Source: Mycobacterium tuberculosis H37Rv
GTDB taxonomy: Bacteria; Actinomycetota; Actinomycetes; Mycobacteriales; Mycobacteriaceae
Assembly: GCF_000195955.2 (NCBI RefSeq)
Contig: NC_000962.3
Location: 1,050,001 to 1,082,000, forward strand
Length of the DNA stretch: 32,000 bases
Direction of reading: 5' to 3'
Part shown: piece by piece, positions 28,688-32,000 of the stretch
Layout of the letters: each line of letters begins with the position of its first letter
Numbering within the stretch: the stretch's first letter is position 1
Notes under the pieces: generated by a model
What the model saw: the letters and a program-made list of their open reading frames with translations, nothing else
Told to the model about the DNA's origin: nothing
Database searches by the model: none
Position numbers and translations under genes: made by a program

Positions 28688-31055
28688 CGTTCTTTCTGAC
28701 ACCGACGTCTCGCTGAAGGTGGTCTCCAACGCGTCGGGGCGGATGCGCGTGTGCGTCACCGGGTTCAATGTCGATGCGGTTCGGGCCGTCGCGATTGAGG
28801 AGACGGTCTCCCAAGTGACCGGGGTGCACGCCGTGCACGCCTATCCGCGAACAGCGTCGGTGGTGATCTGGTACTCGCCAGAGCTCGGTGACACCGCCGC
28901 CGTGCTGTCGGCGATCACCAAAGCGCAGCACGTCCCGGCAGAATTGGTGCCCGCCCGTGCCCCGCACTCAGCGGGTGTGCGCGGCGTGGGCGTGGTGCGG
29001 AAAATCACCGGCGGGATCCGCCGCATGCTAAGTCGCCCGCCGGGCGTCGACAAGCCCCTGAAGGCGTCGCGTTGCGGCGGCCGCCCGCGCGGGCCGGTCC
29101 GCGGGAGCGCCTCGTGGCCGGGCGAGCAGAACCGGCGCGAGCGGCGGACGTGGTTGCCGCGGGTGTGGTTGGCCTTGCCGTTGGGGCTACTGGCGCTGGG
29201 TTCGTCAATGTTCTTCGGTGCTTACCCGTGGGCGGGGTGGCTGGCCTTCGCCGCGACGCTGCCGGTGCAATTCGTGGCCGGGTGGCCGATTCTGCGGGGG
29301 GCGGTGCAACAGGCGCGGGCGTTGACCTCGAACATGGACACGCTGATCGCGCTGGGTACGCTGACCGCGTTTGTCTACTCCACGTATCAGTTGTTTGCCG
29401 GTGGACCTCTGTTCTTCGACACCTCGGCGCTGATCATCGCGTTCGTGGTGTTGGGCCGCCATCTCGAGGCCAGAGCAACCGGAAAAGCGTCCGAGGCGAT
29501 CAGCAAGCTGCTGGAGCTGGGCGCCAAGGAAGCCACGCTGCTTGTCGACGGCCAAGAGCTCCTGGTGCCGGTCGATCAGGTCCAAGTCGGAGACCTGGTG
29601 CGGGTGCGGCCCGGAGAGAAGATCCCGGTCGACGGTGAGGTCACCGATGGGCGCGCCGCCGTCGACGAGTCGATGCTCACCGGCGAATCCGTCCCGGTCG
29701 AGAAGACGGCGGGTGACCGCGTTGCCGGCGCAACGGTCAACCTCGACGGGCTGTTGACCGTGCGCGCCACCGCCGTCGGGGCAGACACCGCGCTGGCGCA
29801 GATTGTGCGACTGGTCGAGCAGGCACAGGGCGACAAGGCGCCGGTGCAGCGGCTGGCCGACCGGGTTTCGGCGGTGTTTGTCCCGGCCGTCATCGGCGTT
29901 GCCGTCGCGACCTTTGCGGGATGGACCCTGATCGCCGCCAACCCGGTGGCTGGTATGACCGCCGCGGTCGCGGTGCTGATCATCGCGTGCCCGTGTGCGT
30001 TGGGCCTGGCTACCCCCACGGCCATCATGGTCGGCACCGGCCGGGGCGCCGAACTGGGGATCCTGGTCAAGGGAGGCGAGGTGCTGGAAGCGTCGAAGAA
30101 GATCGACACCGTGGTGTTCGACAAGACCGGCACCCTCACCCGCGCCCGGATGCGGGTGACCGATGTGATTGCCGGCCAGCGGCGCCAGCCTGATCAGGTG
30201 CTGCGGCTCGCCGCCGCGGTCGAATCGGGCTCCGAACACCCCATCGGTGCGGCGATCGTTGCCGCTGCACACGAGCGCGGGTTGGCGATACCGGCCGCCA
30301 ATGCGTTCACCGCCGTCGCCGGGCACGGGGTGCGGGCGCAGGTCAACGGCGGGCCGGTGGTGGTCGGACGGCGCAAGCTCGTCGACGAACAACATTTGGT
30401 TCTGCCCGACCACCTCGCTGCGGCGGCCGTGGAGCAGGAAGAGCGCGGCCGCACCGCGGTGTTCGTCGGCCAAGACGGCCAGGTTGTGGGTGTGCTCGCG
30501 GTAGCGGACACGGTCAAAGACGACGCCGCGGACGTGGTCGGTCGGCTGCACGCCATGGGGCTACAGGTAGCCATGATCACCGGCGACAACGCCCGCACGG
30601 CTGCCGCGATCGCCAAGCAGGTCGGCATCGAGAAGGTGCTGGCCGAGGTGTTGCCGCAGGACAAGGTAGCTGAGGTTCGGCGGCTGCAGGACCAGGGCCG
30701 GGTGGTCGCGATGGTGGGTGACGGCGTCAACGACGCGCCCGCCTTGGTACAAGCCGATCTGGGCATTGCGATCGGCACCGGTACCGACGTGGCCATCGAG
30801 GCCTCCGACATCACGCTAATGTCCGGCCGGCTCGATGGTGTCGTGCGCGCGATCGAACTCTCCAGGCAGACCCTGCGCACCATCTACCAGAATCTCGGCT
30901 GGGCCTTCGGCTACAACACCGCCGCGATCCCACTGGCCGCGCTGGGCGCGCTGAACCCGGTCGTGGCGGGCGCGGCGATGGGGTTCTCCTCGGTCAGCGT
31001 GGTGACCAACTCACTGCGGTTACGCCGCTTCGGCCGCGACGGCCGAACCGCATGA
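28677..31055 (+). CDS. ctpV: P1B-type Cu(I)-exporting ATPase CtpV
   Basis: CPC (IIACPCALG), [15 protein letters not shown] and MxxSS transmembrane signatures. ATG at 28677 overlaps the Rv0968 stop by 11 nt (792 aa). Alternative ATG at 28743 gives 770 aa. Confidence 0.95.
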   Translation: MTTDVLSDTDVSLKVVSNASGRMRVCVTGFNVDAVRAVAIEETVSQVTGVHAVHAYPRTASVVIWYSPELGDTAAVLSAITKAQHVPAELVPARAPHSAGVRGVGVVRKITGGIRRMLSRPPGVDKPLKASRCGGRPRGPVRGSASWPGEQNRRERRTWLPRVWLALPLGLLALGSSMFFGAYPWAGWLAFAATLPVQFVAGWPILRGAVQQARALTSNMDTLIALGTLTAFVYSTYQLFAGGPLFFDTSALIIAFVVLGRHLEARATGKASEAISKLLELGAKEATLLVDGQELLVPVDQVQVGDLVRVRPGEKIPVDGEVTDGRAAVDESMLTGESVPVEKTAGDRVAGATVNLDGLLTVRATAVGADTALAQIVRLVEQAQGDKAPVQRLADRVSAVFVPAVIGVAVATFAGWTLIAANPVAGMTAAVAVLIIACPCALGLATPTAIMVGTGRGAELGILVKGGEVLEASKKIDTVVFDKTGTLTRARMRVTDVIAGQRRQPDQVLRLAAAVESGSEHPIGAAIVAAAHERGLAIPAANAFTAVAGHGVRAQVNGGPVVVGRRKLVDEQHLVLPDHLAAAAVEQEERGRTAVFVGQDGQVVGVLAVADTVKDDAADVVGRLHAMGLQVAMITGDNARTAAAIAKQVGIEKVLAEVLPQDKVAEVRRLQDQGRVVAMVGDGVNDAPALVQADLGIAIGTGTDVAIEASDITLMSGRLDGVVRAIELSRQTLRTIYQNLGWAFGYNTAAIPLAALGALNPVVAGAAMGFSSVSVVTNSLRLRRFGRDGRTA

Positions 31056-31684
31056 TCCATGACCTGATGCTTCGTTGGGTGGTTACCGGCCTGTTCGTGC
31101 TGACCGCCGCCGAATGTGGTCTGGCAATCATCGCCAAACGCCGACCGTGGACGTTGATCGTCAACCACGGGTTGCATTTCGCAATGGCCGTTGCGATGGC
31201 GGTGATGGCCTGGCCGTGGGGCGCGCGGGTTCCGACGACGGGACCTGCGGTATTTTTCTTGCTGGCGGCCGTGTGGTTTGGGGCGACGGCCGTCGTTGCG
31301 GTCCGCGGGACCGCTACGCGTGGACTGTACGGATATCACGGCTTGATGATGCTGGCCACAGCCTGGATGTATGCCGCCATGAATCCTCGTTTGCTCCCTG
31401 TCCGCTCGTGCACCGAATACGCCACCGAGCCGGATGGGTCAATGCCGGCTATGGACATGACTGCGATGAACATGCCGCCGAATAGCGGGTCACCCATCTG
31501 GTTCAGCGCGGTGAACTGGATCGGTACGGTCGGCTTCGCGGTTGCGGCGGTTTTCTGGGCATGCAGGTTTGTCATGGAGCGGCGGCAGGAGGCGACCCAG
31601 TCCAGGTTGCCGGGCAGCATAGGCCAAGCGATGATGGCGGCCGGTATGGCGATGTTGTTCTTCGCCATGCTGTTTCCGGTTTGA
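31052..31684 (+). CDS. Integral membrane protein with Met-rich loop (Rv0970-like, DUF5134-like)
   Basis: ATGA overlap with the ctpV stop. 210 aa, about 6 TM helices. Contains [14 protein letters not shown]. Confidence 0.88.
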   Translation: MIHDLMLRWVVTGLFVLTAAECGLAIIAKRRPWTLIVNHGLHFAMAVAMAVMAWPWGARVPTTGPAVFFLLAAVWFGATAVVAVRGTATRGLYGYHGLMMLATAWMYAAMNPRLLPVRSCTEYATEPDGSMPAMDMTAMNMPPNSGSPIWFSAVNWIGTVGFAVAAVFWACRFVMERRQEATQSRLPGSIGQAMMAAGMAMLFFAMLFPV

Positions 31685-31774
31685 GGCAGTTCGCCGCCTG
31701 TGTGTCCGAACCGCAAGGTAATTCGGAATAGGCTGTTCCCAACCTCCTGCGTCGTAGGCGGGGGCCCGGCGGGC

Positions 31775-32000
31775 CTAGTCAGCGGCCCGCATCGTCGCCG
31801 GCTGGACCCAGCGGGGCGGACGTTTCTGCAGGAAGGCCAGCATCCCTTCGCGCGCTTCGTCGGAGACGAACAGCCTGGCCGACTCCTCGGTCAGGCGTTC
31901 GGCGTCGCGGTCGAACCCTTCGAGCACGGCGGCCGTGGTCAGCGCCTTCGACGCGGCCAGGCCTTGTGGCGAGCCGCGGCCCACGTCGGCGACCAGCGCG
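31775..32000 (-). CDS. echA7: 3' end of enoyl-CoA hydratase (crotonase family); gene continues beyond the window
   Basis: C-terminal crotonase helix pattern (…EAREGMLAFLQKRPPRW…). Frame open to the window edge (…ALVADVGRGSPQG…). Confidence 0.8.
   Translation of the reverse strand, partial: ALVADVGRGSPQGLAASKALTTAAVLEGFDRDAERLTEESARLFVSDEAREGMLAFLQKRPPRWVQPATMRAAD

Noticed and set aside
29205-30551. 448-aa ORF antisense to ctpV
   Set aside because: Shadow ORF opposite a clearly real P-type ATPase gene. No domain-like sequence, and Arg/Gly/Pro/His-rich.

Overview
High-GC actinobacterial chromosome. By gene order and protein sequences I recognise it as the Mycobacterium tuberculosis complex, roughly H37Rv Rv0939 to Rv0971c; locus tags are from memory, not a search. 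The first ~23 kb is mostly conserved core metabolism and maintenance: two F420-type LLM oxidoreductases, pgi, chorismate mutase, uvrD1, an M23 peptidase, sucCD, perM, purNH and an AAA+/VWA gene pair. It also contains clear gene decay: head-to-head truncated monooxygenase and fpg2 genes, and a frameshifted antigen-85-like mycolyltransferase pseudogene. The last ~9 kb looks more accessory. It holds vapBC9, a small membrane protein, lipoprotein lprP, a three-piece broken gene (WXG-like N-terminus plus alpha/beta hydrolase), and the copper operon csoR-Rv0968-ctpV-Rv0970. I found no rRNA, tRNA, CRISPR array, IS element or integrase. Observations worth a second look: (1) near-identical KstR-type operator palindromes in front of both LLM oxidoreductases; (2) a triple 11-bp-phased palindromic repeat over the apparently leaderless vapB9 promoter; (3) the broken WXG-hydrolase gene followed by an unlisted 46-codon ORF with ATGA overlap onto lprP; (4) a STAS/RsbW-like fusion protein; (5) a perfect 26-bp hairpin between convergent sucD and Rv0953c; (6) a Met-rich motif in Rv0970 and a CxxC-less N-terminal domain in CtpV. 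Nothing here convincingly amounts to a wholly new multi-gene system; I rank the candidates honestly below.
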